A stretch of 64,000 bases of DNA from Amoebidium appalachense (GCA_963693365.1 CAVNZM010000019.1:165621-229620); one strand, 5' to 3'. Positions 43,049 through 54,545 are shown, counted from the stretch's first letter. The notes: generated from the sequence alone by a model not told the origin. A program made the numbers and translations.

Positions 43049-43109
43049 CCAGGACGTCCCATTACCAGTGGAACAGAAAATAAATGGCAGCCCAAGATGC
43101 TACACATGT

Positions 43110-44411
43110 TCAATACATGTGCCGGTAGGGCGTGTTGTGGAGATACAACAGGTCCGCGCGCGTCACCTCATCCGGCAGGGCACTCTCGGGCACGCACGCA
43201 CGCGTGTTCAGGAGCAGCAGCAGCGCAAAGACGTGCTTGAAAAACGCCAGGGCCAGCTCCTCTGCGGGAAGGCTCGCGTGGTTGATTCGCGCCAAAACAC
43301 TGTACCAGTCCGGTGTCTCGTCGTGCATCAAGAAGCGCCTGTTCGGGGCGTTCATGTGAGACAGGACGCGGTACAGGGCGGCACGGCTCAGTTGCTCGGC
43401 CCCTATGTACCAGGCGAACTCCGCGAGTTCAAAGAGGGCCGAGAGCGTGTGCTTGTCGTCGGCCGGGAGCTCGATGTTGCCCATGTGGAAGTACTGCAGG
43501 ACACAGTGAAACACCCGTGTGGTTACTGCCAGACGAGGGCCTTCGGTGTGCTCCATGTACCCGGTGCCCAGGAGCACCCTGAAGAAGCCGTTCGAATGGG
43601 ACAAGAGTTCGGCGCAGGCATTCACGCTGCCGTCCAACAGGGTTATGTGCCTCCCACCCGGAAAGTCGGCTAGGACACGCCTGCAAGGCGCTTGCTGGGT
43701 GGAATAGCCGAACAGTGCGTGCCGGGTTATGCGGTACAAGCTGATTCCCGAAGCCATGTAGATTACAGGGCCAGACACGGCAATGTGCACGGCCGCGTGG
43801 GATTCGCCTGTAATTTCGGTGAACGGCCCCGCTACATATCCGACCCCGTGCACCGACACCTCGAAGACGCACTGTGTCGTGGTGTCGAATATCCAGCTCC
43901 TGGTTTCTTCTCTGTCGTGCTTGTGGTAGCCGCGTGTGGACATGTGATTGCAGCACCATACACCGCCTATCAGGGGCGACAGATCGCGGACGGGCATCGG
44001 GGGGCGGGGCGAACATGCTGGCACCCCATTCTCGAGGTATAGCTGTTGGTGGTCGTCAGCCACAAACCCCACTTGGTGTGCTTGTATGATGCCAGGGGTG
44101 TAGCTGTCAAGGACAATGTACTCCGTTGGAGATCCAGCTCGGCCGACAAGAACAGGGTCAACGAGTGTCCGGTCCGATGGGACAACGGCCGTGATGACCT
44201 TGATGCGTTTCCCTGGATTCAGCTCGGCACTCCGGTTAGTTATCCGACCGGCGTTGTTGACTTGAAAAACAAGATGTTCCATCGCCATGTACAATATACC
44301 ATCCACCACGCCCAGACCGGTGATGTTGCGATCCAGGTTGGCGTAGGTGATGCGCTCGCATTTCATCACGTGGGGCACGGAGGCAGATTCGACTGTCGTC
44401 CACTGGTTCAT
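43110..44411 (-). CDS. beta-propeller-like plus BTB/POZ domain protein
   Basis: ACAELLSHSNGFFRVLLGTGYME..VFHCVLQYFHMGNIEL..ALFELAEFAWYIGAEQL matches BTB. Confidence 0.65.
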   Translation of the reverse strand: MNQWTTVESASVPHVMKCERITYANLDRNITGLGVVDGILYMAMEHLVFQVNNAGRITNRSAELNPGKRIKVITAVVPSDRTLVDPVLVGRAGSPTEYIVLDSYTPGIIQAHQVGFVADDHQQLYLENGVPACSPRPPMPVRDLSPLIGGVWCCNHMSTRGYHKHDREETRSWIFDTTTQCVFEVSVHGVGYVAGPFTEITGESHAAVHIAVSGPVIYMASGISLYRITRHALFGYSTQQAPCRRVLADFPGGRHITLLDGSVNACAELLSHSNGFFRVLLGTGYMEHTEGPRLAVTTRVFHCVLQYFHMGNIELPADDKHTLSALFELAEFAWYIGAEQLSRAALYRVLSHMNAPNRRFLMHDETPDWYSVLARINHASLPAEELALAFFKHVFALLLLLNTRACVPESALPDEVTRADLLYLHNTPYRHMY

Positions 44412-44447
44412 CTTGAATATGACACATGAGACATGGCAGGTCGTCGC

Positions 44448-45557
44448 TTATATACCATCCACCGAATCCTGGATGGATGAGGATTGCAGGGCCTGTATGT
44501 AGCCATGGACCGCCTGTGTGTCCCCGGACAAGTCTTCCCGCGTGGGCTCGTGCGTTGCTTCAGGGTCTCCCTCCTTCCCAAAACCACATGACCGTGCAAA
44601 GCAGTTTGTTGTAACGTGTGCTATCGTCCACAGGCCCGCCATTGCGTGTTGGTATGCCAGCATGCACCCATAAGCAAAGTCCTGGTCTCCGGCAAACAAC
44701 AAGACATCCACAGATGACTCCATGAATGTCACACCATCAAACATCTCGACTTTTTTGGCCGTGCATCGTTGGAGGGGGATCACTATATATCTGTTTGATC
44801 CTGGGATTTTCAGCACCCAACAGTTGGACCCTCTTTCTCCTTGAAACACCATCAGGCCTGAAAAAATGGCCCTCTTGATGATGCCGTCGCACAGAACCCA
44901 GGGTGATTGCGCTTGGACAAACACCTTTCCGCTGTATATGTCAACAAAAGTGGCCATCCAAACATCCGAATCTCGGGGCCTGTAATGATAGCCTGTCGTG
45001 TTTGTTCCTCGGGTGTTGCTGCTTGATTGTACGATCAAGGCTTCCAGCCTTCGTTTGTACTCGGTCGTGTTTTTTCCGGATATGTCAATTGCGTCAATCA
45101 AGGATCTGTTGTTTTCTAATTGGGCCGCGAGCTTGCCCAGCGAAGCGTTGAGTGTGTCGGTTTCCCTTGATATTTTCTCGGCAATGTTTTCAGACCCCAA
45201 ACTGGCGACAACCTTGTTTCTGGTGTCTCTCACCAATTCATTGAACTCTCCTAGAGTTTTGAGAGCCTCTCCCAGTTTGGTGGACTCGGACTTGATTCTT
45301 TTTATTTTATTTTCGATGTTCTTGAATTTTACAGACTTCGAATCTAATGCCTTACTGGAAGTCAAGAGCGGCAATACATTTGACATTGTTTCCAGTACAG
45401 CCTGTGTGACTCCTGGGGAGACTGTCGTTCTAGTCTTGGTCTCGAGGTCATCTAATATGCGATGGATTTTCTCTTCAATTACTTTGTGCAGTGTCATTTC
45501 AGTGGTTTCGGTGTGTTTTTTGTCTTCTATGGAGGTCTCTACTTCCTCTGACGCCAT
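44448..45557 (-). CDS. hypothetical protein with N-terminal coiled coil (lower GC)
   Basis: 369-aa ORF. Confidence 0.6.
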   Translation of the reverse strand: MASEEVETSIEDKKHTETTEMTLHKVIEEKIHRILDDLETKTRTTVSPGVTQAVLETMSNVLPLLTSSKALDSKSVKFKNIENKIKRIKSESTKLGEALKTLGEFNELVRDTRNKVVASLGSENIAEKISRETDTLNASLGKLAAQLENNRSLIDAIDISGKNTTEYKRRLEALIVQSSSNTRGTNTTGYHYRPRDSDVWMATFVDIYSGKVFVQAQSPWVLCDGIIKRAIFSGLMVFQGERGSNCWVLKIPGSNRYIVIPLQRCTAKKVEMFDGVTFMESSVDVLLFAGDQDFAYGCMLAYQHAMAGLWTIAHVTTNCFARSCGFGKEGDPEATHEPTREDLSGDTQAVHGYIQALQSSSIQDSVDGI

Positions 45558-45652
45558 GGTGGGTGTATCTGTCTTACTCTCCTAAAATAATTTACAGCCA
45601 CCAAACACCTATCATCCTCAACCTAGATTTGTCTATCCCAAACCACCACGCG

Positions 45653-46795
45653 TCAAACAAGTGCCGGCTCCATGGCAAGCGGCTGGACCCCCGTGTACTT
45701 GGACTCCAGGAGGTCCACCACGTCGCTGAAGTTGTGTGTGTGCTGTGTCTTGGGCATGTGCAGGCACAGCCAGTCCCGTGCCCTACTGAGCACCGTGTAC
45801 GCCTCGAGCACCGTCATCTCCGTGCAGTAGGTGACGTTGCGCTTCCACCCCTCGATGATCCGGCGCTTGATGGCTCCCTGCACTGCCGTGCGGGCAAGCA
45901 CCACGCTCACGCGCCCCTCCTTCTCGTCCCAGATGCTCACGCCGATGGTGTCCTTGACGAACTTGCGGATCAGCCACGCCTCGCCCGATGTCTGGTCGGA
46001 GAACAGCGCACTCACCACGCTGTTGGCAAAGTTGAGCAGGCGTGCGCGCAGCACCTCGCATCCGACGTCCAGTGCACACTTGCCCACGTCATCGGGCAGC
46101 ACGCGCTCGTTGAGCGTGTTGGGGTCCGAGTTGATCTGCTCGCGCATCTGGCGGATGGCCCCGTTGCGCAGCGCAATGGTCAGCCGCTGCTCGTCCATCA
46201 GCTCCATGGCAACCTTCAGCAGCTTGGTCTTCTCGGCCACCAGCTCCTCCAGCTGCGCCTCGCGGGCCGTGCGCTTGGCCGCGCGCTCGGGGGTCTCCTC
46301 GACGCCGTTACGGAAGAACTCGCGCTCCTCGGGCGTGCTGTTGGTGTAGCGGGCCTCGATGTCGTCGATGAGCGACAGGTCGCCGGCGAGCAGACGCGAC
46401 ATGTACGCCGCGCTGGTGCGGCGCACCTCGTGTGCACGCTTGCCGGGCAGCAGGTAGATGATCTCGAGCAGGGTCTTGAAGGGGGCCATCGGGGTGGGCT
46501 TGCTCATGCCTGGCAGGCGAATGTCGACTTGACGTCATCACCTGGAGTAAGTTCTGTCCAGTCAAGTCAGACCTTACTGCCGGTAGGTTTGACGATTGGG
46601 GCGCTCTGACTGGTCATTTTCATGTCATGCCAAGCCTTGTGTGCGGCATTGCGATTCCCCAGCACCAGCGCAATGGCGTCCAGAACACTGGCCTTGTTGG
46701 TAGCCTGGTCGACTCGCACTACCGGCGTTCTTGAACATGGGGAACTGCTTGGCGAGGCTGTCCATGTTGATGCTGGCTGGGGTAGGGTTGTCCAT
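45653..46795 (-). pseudogene. Bro/antirepressor-like DNA-binding protein, frameshifted in the 5' part
   Basis: INMDSLAKQFPMFK / VRVDQATNKASVLDAIALVLG / TPMAPFKTLLEII..LAGDLSLI; paralogous to 47304..47762. Confidence 0.55.
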
Positions 46796-47115
46796 GTTGA
46801 TGGGAGTGTTTCGGGATCCGTGTTGCTGGAAGGGCTCCTTGGGTGGACTGAATGATTACTACAGACGCGCGCGACTCCTTTTATACCTTTGGATGAGACC
46901 GTCCAAATTGCCGAACGGGCAAGTCGTGACTGAATTTCATGAGCAGCAAGCCGCTTTGCGATTCTCAATCCTACTGGAGTAAGATTGATGTGATTGGCCG
47001 AATTCATCTCGATGACGTCATACATCACCAACCCCACCGTTTCCACCAATCAAATCGACGTTCCTGAGACGTTACCAGTTTTGGTCTGGTCAATTTTTCA
47101 AGGTTAACCACGAGT

Positions 47116-47762
47116 TCATGTATTGATTTTCTCTGCCAACTCAAAAATATCACTTACGACCTGGTACACACTAAAGTCTTCTGTGTGTGGGTTGTATCGT
47201 AGCCACCTGCACCCCAGTTGTTTGGTGATGTGGTTCTGGCGTTCTTCTTCGTAGATAGGGTCGCGGTCATCGTGGTTGTGCTCATCACATTCAACCACGA
47301 GGTTTAGACGTGGGAAATACAGGTCCACTCGGTAGGGCTCTGACATAGAACTGTGGATGGCTGTCGTAAACAAGCCGTACACTGGCGAATGATGCTGATG
47401 GTCTCACTCTCGACCGAAGTCCGCAGCAGCGCCACAGGAAGATCTGTCAATCCAAACACGTACACCCAGTACCGCTTCTTATTCATAGGCAACTTACAGC
47501 CTTGTAATACGATCCGAACAATTTCCCGAATTGTGTTGAAGGGGGCTACAGGTGTCACGTTGCCACGATTGTTGATTTTGATGCCCCCTGTCCCAGTCAA
47601 AAAACGATGACTCTTCTGTATGCGCATCCAAGCTGTCTTTGCAGCCAACATGTTGCCAAGAACGAGAGCGATGACGTCCAGAATGCTTACTTTGTTGGTG
47701 GAATGGTCAATTCGCACGGTTGCACCCTTCAGCATTGGAAACTCCCGTGTTAGACTCTCCAT
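47116..47762 (-). pseudogene. Bro-like N-terminus fused to a DUF559/Vsr-like endonuclease (frameshifts near 47340-47385)
   Basis: VRIDHSTNKVSILDVI..TPVAPF; YRVDLYFP..LVVECDEHNH..RD..RQ..LGCRWLRYNP. Confidence 0.65.
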
Positions 47763-47986
47763 GTTGATTGCCGGATTGAAAGTTTCAAGTGATGGCGCAG
47801 CATTGAATAGGCTAAAGGCTTTTATACCTTTGAACTTTGAGTTCACTTCGCCACAGACACGGGATCCAAGTCATGAGGAACTTGGCGGTAGCGACATCAG
47901 ATACCGTCTACAACGAATAAATCTCTTGGCGCCCAGGTATATAAGCCCCTCCCCGCTCCCGTCCTTTCATTCCGCCCCCTGGTAAC

Positions 47987-49426
47987 ATGGACGACTACCT
48001 CGCCTTCGAAGACACCGCCGCCGGCCCGCACTTCGGCATCCCCTTCGTCCCCGACGCCTGCCTGGACCACGAGTGGACCCCGGAGCTCGCCGTCGCCTAC
48101 CTGCGCAGCAATGTCGCCCACGTCAAGGGCTGCTCGACGTACATCCTCAAGCAGTGGTGCCAGGACAGGCTGAAGTACGAGCACCGCATCCTGGGCAAGC
48201 GCGACATGCAGGACACGCTCGCCAAGTTCCACTTCCCGCTGCTGGCCGACCGCCCCAACCAGCAGCCCGCCGCCCCCTACCGCGGCCGCGAATACCTCAA
48301 CAGCCCGTACATCCTCATGTACGACCGGCTGGTGTTCGATCCCGCCAGCCCGGACCCGCGCACGGGGGTGTACAAGAAGTCCTCCGGGCCCTACCGCACG
48401 TTCAACCTGTTCACCGGGTTCCGGTTCACGCTGAGCAACATGCCCGTAGCCCGGCGTGACGAGCTGGTGGCGCCCTTCGTCTCGCACGCGCGCGACGTGC
48501 TGTGCGGTGGCGACCCCGGGCTTTTTGACTACCTGATGCTGTGGATGGGCCACCTGTTCCAGCACCCGGCGTCCAAGCCCGGCAGCGCGCTGCTGCTCGT
48601 GTCCAAGCAGGGCGCGGGGAAGAACATCTTCTTCCAGGCGCTCATCGACGCCATGGGGGTCGAGCACTCGGTGTACGTCAACCGGCGCGACCGCATCCAG
48701 AACCACTTCAATGCGCACCTGCAGAACAAGCTGCTGGTGGTGGTCGACGAGGTGCTGTTCAGCAACTCGCGTGAGGTCAACAACATCATGAAGTCGCTCA
48801 TCACCGAGTCGTCCAACATCCTCGAGAAGAAGGGTCAGGATGCCGTGGCTGTGCGTGCGTGCGAGCGCTACGTGCTGCTGACCAACGAGAGCAACCCCGT
48901 GCTTGTCGAGCCCAGCGACCGCCGCTACGCGTGCATGGCCGTCAGCAACGCGCGTGTCGGCGACACGGCCTACTTTGCCACGTTTCACCAACACCACAGA
49001 GACCCCGAGGTGCTGCAGGCCATCCACGACCTGCTCGTGTCCGTGCCCGACGTGCCGCCCGTGCTGCCGCCGCCGCCCGTGACCGACCTCAAGAAGGAGC
49101 TGCGTGGCGCCACGCTTGACGACAACGTGGCGTTCCTTCGTGACATCGCCACGGGCGCAGACGGCTGCGAGGACCTGGCCGTCGCCGACGGCGCTTACGT
49201 GACCACTTTCGGGCTGGCCGAGCGCATGCGCACGTGGGCCGCACGCAACGGCAAGGACCCCGCGGCCGTCAGTGTCAAGAAGCTGGGCGGCGTGCTCGGC
49301 AAGGTGTTTGGGCAGCGCGTCAAGAAGCAGCGGAGCGCGGTGGCGGTGGGGGGCGTGGAGGGCACGGATCCGGAGGAGTACGTGCACGTGTACGTGTTCG
49401 AACACGCGAAGGTGGCGGGGGCGTGA
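47987..49426 (+). CDS. SF3 helicase (D5/NrS-1-like) with C-terminal wHTH-like domain; no primase domain seen
   Basis: Walker A QGAGKN, Walker B VVVDE, motif C LLTN, DRRY. Confidence 0.88.
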   Translation: MDDYLAFEDTAAGPHFGIPFVPDACLDHEWTPELAVAYLRSNVAHVKGCSTYILKQWCQDRLKYEHRILGKRDMQDTLAKFHFPLLADRPNQQPAAPYRGREYLNSPYILMYDRLVFDPASPDPRTGVYKKSSGPYRTFNLFTGFRFTLSNMPVARRDELVAPFVSHARDVLCGGDPGLFDYLMLWMGHLFQHPASKPGSALLLVSKQGAGKNIFFQALIDAMGVEHSVYVNRRDRIQNHFNAHLQNKLLVVVDEVLFSNSREVNNIMKSLITESSNILEKKGQDAVAVRACERYVLLTNESNPVLVEPSDRRYACMAVSNARVGDTAYFATFHQHHRDPEVLQAIHDLLVSVPDVPPVLPPPPVTDLKKELRGATLDDNVAFLRDIATGADGCEDLAVADGAYVTTFGLAERMRTWAARNGKDPAAVSVKKLGGVLGKVFGQRVKKQRSAVAVGGVEGTDPEEYVHVYVFEHAKVAGA

Positions 49427-49553
49427 GGGGGGGGGGGGGAGCTACAATGGTTTGGGTTTTATTCAAAAAGCAACACAGATATAATCAGCCAGCACAGCGG
49501 CCAATAAACAAACAAGCCTTCAGACAAGATCATGGGTGCCAGCCACGCCCATT

Positions 49554-50402
49554 TCAAAGCGCATGCCCGATGTCGCCCACCTGGTTCCACGGTGTTCTCT
49601 GGTTGTGCATGAATTCGGGGATGTCCCAGTACTCCATGCCGCTGTTGTTGCCGTAGATGGCATGGATGATGTTCTGCCGCAGTGGGAGACCACCCGCTTC
49701 CAGGGCATGCTCAACCTGCGCGAGCCAGGGGTCCAGCCACGTGGTTGTCCATTGCTGCACAGCAGCCTGCAGCTCCTGGAAGGACGTGCCTCCCGGTGCG
49801 GCGGCCTCGGGGGCCTCGTGGTCTATCCCGGCCTGGTACGCCGTCTCGGGCGGGGGCTGCGGCTGCGGAAGCACCACCAGCTTCTCGAAGAGCAGTGCGG
49901 GCATGATCCAATACGGCCACCTCCTGACGCCCAACTGGGCCTCCAGAAATTCCTCCTCCTCCTCCTCCTGCTCGCTTGTAGAGCCGTCCAAGGTGACAGC
50001 TTCCCAAAACACCCACCCACTGCTGGTCAGTTTCATGCCGTATGACGTGTCGTCCATTTGCAGTTGCAGGACGTAGTAGTAGGGGCTGAGGCTGGTATTG
50101 GCAGCGGGATGTCCGGGGCGATACCGACCACTGCCGTAGTCGAAGTTGCATCTAAGACGCCAGACCTCGCTTATGGCGCCGCTGAATACGTTAATGGAGT
50201 TTTCTATTCCCGTGCCATCCGGACCCGTGGTGGTTACCGGTGTTATCACGGGATGGGCAATCCTGTATGCAGACCCCTGCTGTCTCCATGTCACATCCCC
50301 GTCTTCAACACCATATGCTGGATCCATTTCATTTAGAAGCCCCACCAAGTCTTCCTCCGTGGTGATCTGGATTGGGTCCCAGCGTGTGGTCATTACAGCC
50401 AC
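49554..50402 (-). CDS. hypothetical protein; C-terminus paralogous to 59228..59647
   Basis: LQAAVQQW..WLD..V.HALEAGGLPLR..YG.N. Confidence 0.55.
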   Translation of the reverse strand: MAVMTTRWDPIQITTEEDLVGLLNEMDPAYGVEDGDVTWRQQGSAYRIAHPVITPVTTTGPDGTGIENSINVFSGAISEVWRLRCNFDYGSGRYRPGHPAANTSLSPYYYVLQLQMDDTSYGMKLTSSGWVFWEAVTLDGSTSEQEEEEEEFLEAQLGVRRWPYWIMPALLFEKLVVLPQPQPPPETAYQAGIDHEAPEAAAPGGTSFQELQAAVQQWTTTWLDPWLAQVEHALEAGGLPLRQNIIHAIYGNNSGMEYWDIPEFMHNQRTPWNQVGDIGHAL

Positions 50403-50685
50403 ATATCAAAATGTATGAACATTGCCCGAAAGAACCACCGACGTGTTGCTTTATTCAAAAAAGCAGCATGATACACAGATACATAATTATGTCGCAGACC
50501 TCCTCTTGGGAAACCGTCACACCCAAGCCAGCACGCCAACCCCCCCCCCAACCCCAGCAGACTTTCTCCCGGAAGCACATCAAACCAACTTCCATTAGCC
50601 CTCCCATGCTAACACCATCCCATCAAACCAACCCCCATCTAGCTCATGCTAACACCACCCCATCAACCCCCCCCCCCCTCAGCCC

Positions 50686-51549
50686 TCACTCAAGCTCCGC
50701 AACAACCTTCATCACCCAATCATACCCCTCCCGCAGGCGCTGCTCAATCATCTCCATGTCCTGAACAAAATAGTGGTTGCCCTCATCCCACCAAACGGGA
50801 ACCTCCACCGCCCACTCATCGATCGATGCCGCAAGAGCAGAGTCTCTCTCCTCCGCCCCCCACACATCGTCCGAGTCGATACGTTTCCCGGGAGGGTACT
50901 TCGGATCCCTCTGCACTCGATCAAACAGAAATATCTCGCACTGCCGGAGCACGTTGCCACTTGCAAGCTCCCCGGGTGTGAGCGCAAAGGGGACGAGGTT
51001 TGGACGGGGAGAACCGGGGGGGCGGGGAACGTAGGCGAACTGGCCGGGCCCCTCCCCGCCCTGGCGGCGGTGGACACGTTCGGCAATCCGATGGCGCAGC
51101 GCTTGCTTGTTGCGCTCCACAGCATCCTCCGCCGACCAAAAACCCACATACCCGTCCTTAACCGCCCGAGCCGCCTCTGCCATGTCGTGGAGCGCCTGCG
51201 CCACCGCCCGTGCCTTAGCCGCGCCCACGACGTTGCGCCCAGGCTGCTGCAGGTACTGGCGCAGACCCGGCACGACGGACTGTGCAGCCACTGCGCACCC
51301 CCCGAACTCCGTGACCAACGGACGCACCTTGTCGCGCGCGGGCCCGACGGCGTTCTCTGCGGCGACGAGGGCAAGGATGGCGTCCTGGCAGTGGTTTAAT
51401 TCCCTGCACACCTTCACATGCGCGGGGATCTGGTCGCTGTGCATGTCAGCGACACAAGCGCGGCACTTGACCATGTATTTGTCCTTGGTGTTCTTAGTGA
51501 AAAGGTGATCGGTCAGCCATTTGTAGCTGCGCTTGCCTACTTGTTCCAT
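50686..51549 (-). CDS. protein with an N-terminal BED-like zinc finger
   Basis: HLFTK..VKCRAC..IPAHVKVC. Confidence 0.55.
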   Translation of the reverse strand: MEQVGKRSYKWLTDHLFTKNTKDKYMVKCRACVADMHSDQIPAHVKVCRELNHCQDAILALVAAENAVGPARDKVRPLVTEFGGCAVAAQSVVPGLRQYLQQPGRNVVGAAKARAVAQALHDMAEAARAVKDGYVGFWSAEDAVERNKQALRHRIAERVHRRQGGEGPGQFAYVPRPPGSPRPNLVPFALTPGELASGNVLRQCEIFLFDRVQRDPKYPPGKRIDSDDVWGAEERDSALAASIDEWAVEVPVWWDEGNHYFVQDMEMIEQRLREGYDWVMKVVAELE

Positions 51550-51889
51550 GGTGTGTGTGTGTAGAAATGGGGGTGCAAAGCGAAAAATCAGTAAAAGGCG
51601 ACCTAACAAGCGACTTCAAAGCCTTTGATGTTGACACTACAGAAGGTGTGTGAAAGTGACACCCTATCAGCTGTGCCGTGCCCTTAGAAGCCAATTCCCA
51701 ACTGATGCTGACGAAATGATATCCGATGGGCTGGAACAGTCACGCGTTTGATTGGGAGAATGCTTTCAGATCCAGATCACCAGACTGCACGATTGGCTGC
51801 TGGGGATTGGATCACACCCAATTCAAGATCCAATCAGATCCTGCGAAGAGCAGGCAATGCCAGTGCTTCAAGATTTTTACTAATGACAG

Positions 51890-52045
51890 CTGATGGCTTT
51901 TTCTCTCTTCCCTTCCACTCATGTCACCCGCTTATACCTCAATGACCTCCGTATCCTCAGGAGATCGATACGACTTGCTGGTGTCTACACTTCGCTCTTT
52001 CCGCCCTCCAGTCTCATAAGTCGGTCTCTTTCAGACAGATCACAG
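51890..52045 (-). pseudogene. decayed copy of the PD-(D/E)XK nuclease gene
   Basis: ccctccagtctcataagtcggtc and caatgacctccgt closely match 56250-56340. Confidence 0.7.
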
Positions 52046-52091
52046 CTCAGAGCCTATCCAAGATCTTCAACGCTTTCATCAATCATCGAAC

Positions 52092-52206
52092 AGCGGCCGG
52101 GGGGCCTGGGGGCATGCGTGGCTCGCCCGCCCCGTGCCGACCTGTGAGACCACTGTGCCTCCCCGGCCGTGCATGCCTCGCGTGCCCCTCATGCCCCCGC
52201 CCCGCT
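52092..52206. repeat. GC-rich hairpin repeat, copy 1
   Basis: shares GGGGCATGCGTGGCTCGCC and GTGAGACCACTGTGCCTCC exactly with the copy at 57081. Confidence 0.75.
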
Positions 52207-52471
52207 CCTAGGAAAAAGCAATCGGCGAACAGGGTCCACCCCCGGCACCTGTTCTCCAAGGATCCGGGAGACATGGTTGGGGATGCCATGGTGTTCTCTT
52301 GGGTTCCGGGAGACATGGGGGGGACCGGCGATGCTGTTCTCTAGCAAATTACGGGCCAAACGTTCATGGGCACTGCCGTGTTCTCTCTGGTTTGTGGAGA
52401 AATCGGTGGACTGGGTAGGGGGCGGGGGCAGGAGAACAGGGTGGTGAACGCGCAGGTGGATATGGGCCGGG

Positions 52472-53338
52472 TTGTTGCCGTGTGACGTAAAGGTCGATTT
52501 TGATAGTTTGTGGTACTTTATCTGTCGGTTCAACACCGTGATGTCTCAACTCAGCGAAGGGGCTGTTGTGCGCTGCCTCCACCTGGTGCGCACGTTTTTG
52601 GATAACGATAAGAGCAGCGCTTTGTTCATGCAGGGATACACAACGCACCACCTAGTGTTATACATCAAGCACCTGATGGAATTGGAAATAAACGAAAAGG
52701 TCCCAGTCGAACATATTGAGAGGCTGATCTCCTGCCCCGATGAAACGTCCGAACACACGCGCTCATCGAAGAAACTGAAAAACGTCGTTATAGCAGTTCG
52801 CGAGCTGTTCCCCACACCGTGGGTTTGGAAGGGGATTGATCCAGGCACGTTTACGGTGGAGCTCGCTAGGGAGGTCCATCGCAAGGTCATGGACGGGCTG
52901 CTCGATAGCGCTGGACGGTATCGGGTGCGCTTTGCGCTTCCCGCAGGCTGCAGTCATCAGTACCTTGCACCGTTCAAGATCGAAGAGGCTCTCAAGCGTC
53001 TGTTCGAAAGGACACGCACCGAACTCCAAGGCTGCAATGACGTTCTCGGTGCCATACAGGTCACCGCCCGTTTCCTCGGGGAGTTCCTCTACATCCACCC
53101 GTTCAGCAACGGCAACGGGCGCGTCGCCCGTCTGTTGGTCAGCGTGCTGCTCTCGCCCTATATTGCCGTTCCCCTCTCGTTGTACACAGACCGCAGCTCC
53201 CGCGAGCGCTACCACTCGCTGCTGCTGGCCGCGCAGAGCCAGCCGCCGCCCCACGACTACTCCGAGCTGGCGGCCTTCGTGCTGGACTGCGCAAGGGCAA
53301 ACCTGGTCTCGGTGTGCAACGCCCTGGATTTGGAATGA
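52472..53338 (+). CDS. Fic/Doc family AMPylase
   Basis: HPFSNGNGRVAR motif; GRYR flap. Confidence 0.92.
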   Translation: MLPCDVKVDFDSLWYFICRFNTVMSQLSEGAVVRCLHLVRTFLDNDKSSALFMQGYTTHHLVLYIKHLMELEINEKVPVEHIERLISCPDETSEHTRSSKKLKNVVIAVRELFPTPWVWKGIDPGTFTVELAREVHRKVMDGLLDSAGRYRVRFALPAGCSHQYLAPFKIEEALKRLFERTRTELQGCNDVLGAIQVTARFLGEFLYIHPFSNGNGRVARLLVSVLLSPYIAVPLSLYTDRSSRERYHSLLLAAQSQPPPHDYSELAAFVLDCARANLVSVCNALDLE

Positions 53339-53370
53339 AGCCGTCAACTCTTATCGCGCCCTACATCAAC

Positions 53371-54246
53371 ATGGACACACCCTCCCAAGCCAGGACACGT
53401 GTGCGGATCCTGCTGCCCGGGGGCGGCGTCAAGGGCTGCTTCCAAGTCGGGTTCATGCAGGGGATGCTCGCGTCGGGGCTGTACCAGGTCGACAGGGTGT
53501 ACGGCACGTCCGTCGGCGCGCTGGTGGCGCCGTTCGTGGTTGCCGACCGCCTGGACGACCTGGCGCGCGAGCTGGGGAAGCTGAAGTGCGTGGAGGACAT
53601 TGTGGAACCGTGGGGCGGCGCAATGGCGCTGCTTCCGAAAAGCTGGAGGACGGTTGTGGGGTCAATGCTGTACGGGGCGGCGTACAGCCGCTTCACCCTG
53701 CAGGAGCGTGCGGCGGCGCTTCTGGAGGGCATCGACGCGGACATCTACACGCGCTGCCACTGCGTCGCCTGGGACTTCCTCAACAAGAAGGAGCGGTGGT
53801 TCACAGGGCCCGAGTACCAGGTCGGCATGCGCGCGTCTTCGGCCCTTCCACTCGCGGTCCCCCCCGTCGAGTACGACGGCACCGTGTTTCTGGACGGCGG
53901 GGTCTCTGAGCTGGTGCCCCTCACCAAGGCACTCGAGGATGCCGCAGATGGGTTCGACGGCATCTACGTCACGGTGCTGTGCGACTCGCTGGCGCACTGC
54001 CCCGCAGAATCCGTGCCAAAAACGGGCATGGAGCTCTGCTATGCTCTGCAGCGTGACTCGGGCACCGAGCTAGCGGCCACCGAGTTCGCCAACCTCCGCA
54101 CCCGCCTCGGAGACCGCCTCGTGGTGGTCGCTCCGGAGCGGAGGCTGTTTGCGTCGCCCATGGACGTCGACCCCGGGAAGGTCGCGCAGGCGCTTGCGGA
54201 TGGCCGCACGGCGTTTGCTGCCTGGGCCGCCGCGGCACGCCAATAA
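53371..54246 (+). CDS. patatin-like phospholipase
   Basis: GGGVKG, GTSVG, DGG motifs. Confidence 0.92.
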   Translation: MDTPSQARTRVRILLPGGGVKGCFQVGFMQGMLASGLYQVDRVYGTSVGALVAPFVVADRLDDLARELGKLKCVEDIVEPWGGAMALLPKSWRTVVGSMLYGAAYSRFTLQERAAALLEGIDADIYTRCHCVAWDFLNKKERWFTGPEYQVGMRASSALPLAVPPVEYDGTVFLDGGVSELVPLTKALEDAADGFDGIYVTVLCDSLAHCPAESVPKTGMELCYALQRDSGTELAATEFANLRTRLGDRLVVVAPERRLFASPMDVDPGKVAQALADGRTAFAAWAAAARQ

Positions 54247-54281
54247 ACCCCCCGGGTCCAGTCCATATCTGCCCCACCCAT

Positions 54282-54429
54282 CCGGGCCTGGGTGGCTGGG
54301 GGTGGCCGGGGGTGGCCGGGGGTGGCTGGGGGGGCTCCTGTGTCCCCCCAGCGCACGTGCCTCGCCCGCCTCCTGGTCCTTCCGTGCCCCACTTGCCACT
54401 CCCAGCCCCCCAAGCCCCGGGCGCAGTGT
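54282..54429. repeat. GC-rich hairpin repeat, copy 2
   Basis: G-rich arm (GGTGGCYGGG x4) and C-rich arm; shares TGGGTGGCTGGGGGTGGC with copy 3. Confidence 0.65.
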
Positions 54430-54545
54430 CTCTTTTGAGACATATTGCAAGACCTGCTTGCTCACTGGTGCCAGGTTTATTGGGTGATGGTCCAAAGCAC
54501 CTTTGCCCCGATTCTGGGGGGGGCGGTGGGGGCCTGGGGGCGCTC

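Noticed and set aside
46530-46575. Possible small GT..AG intron in the Bro-like gene
   Set aside because: About 36 nt, and removing it does not restore the frame; indels explain the break better.
47897-49405. Long antisense ORFs (also 17535..18212, 24240..25736, 25764..27050, 28787..29695)
   Set aside because: Shadow frames caused by high GC3 bias in real genes on the opposite strand; no motifs.
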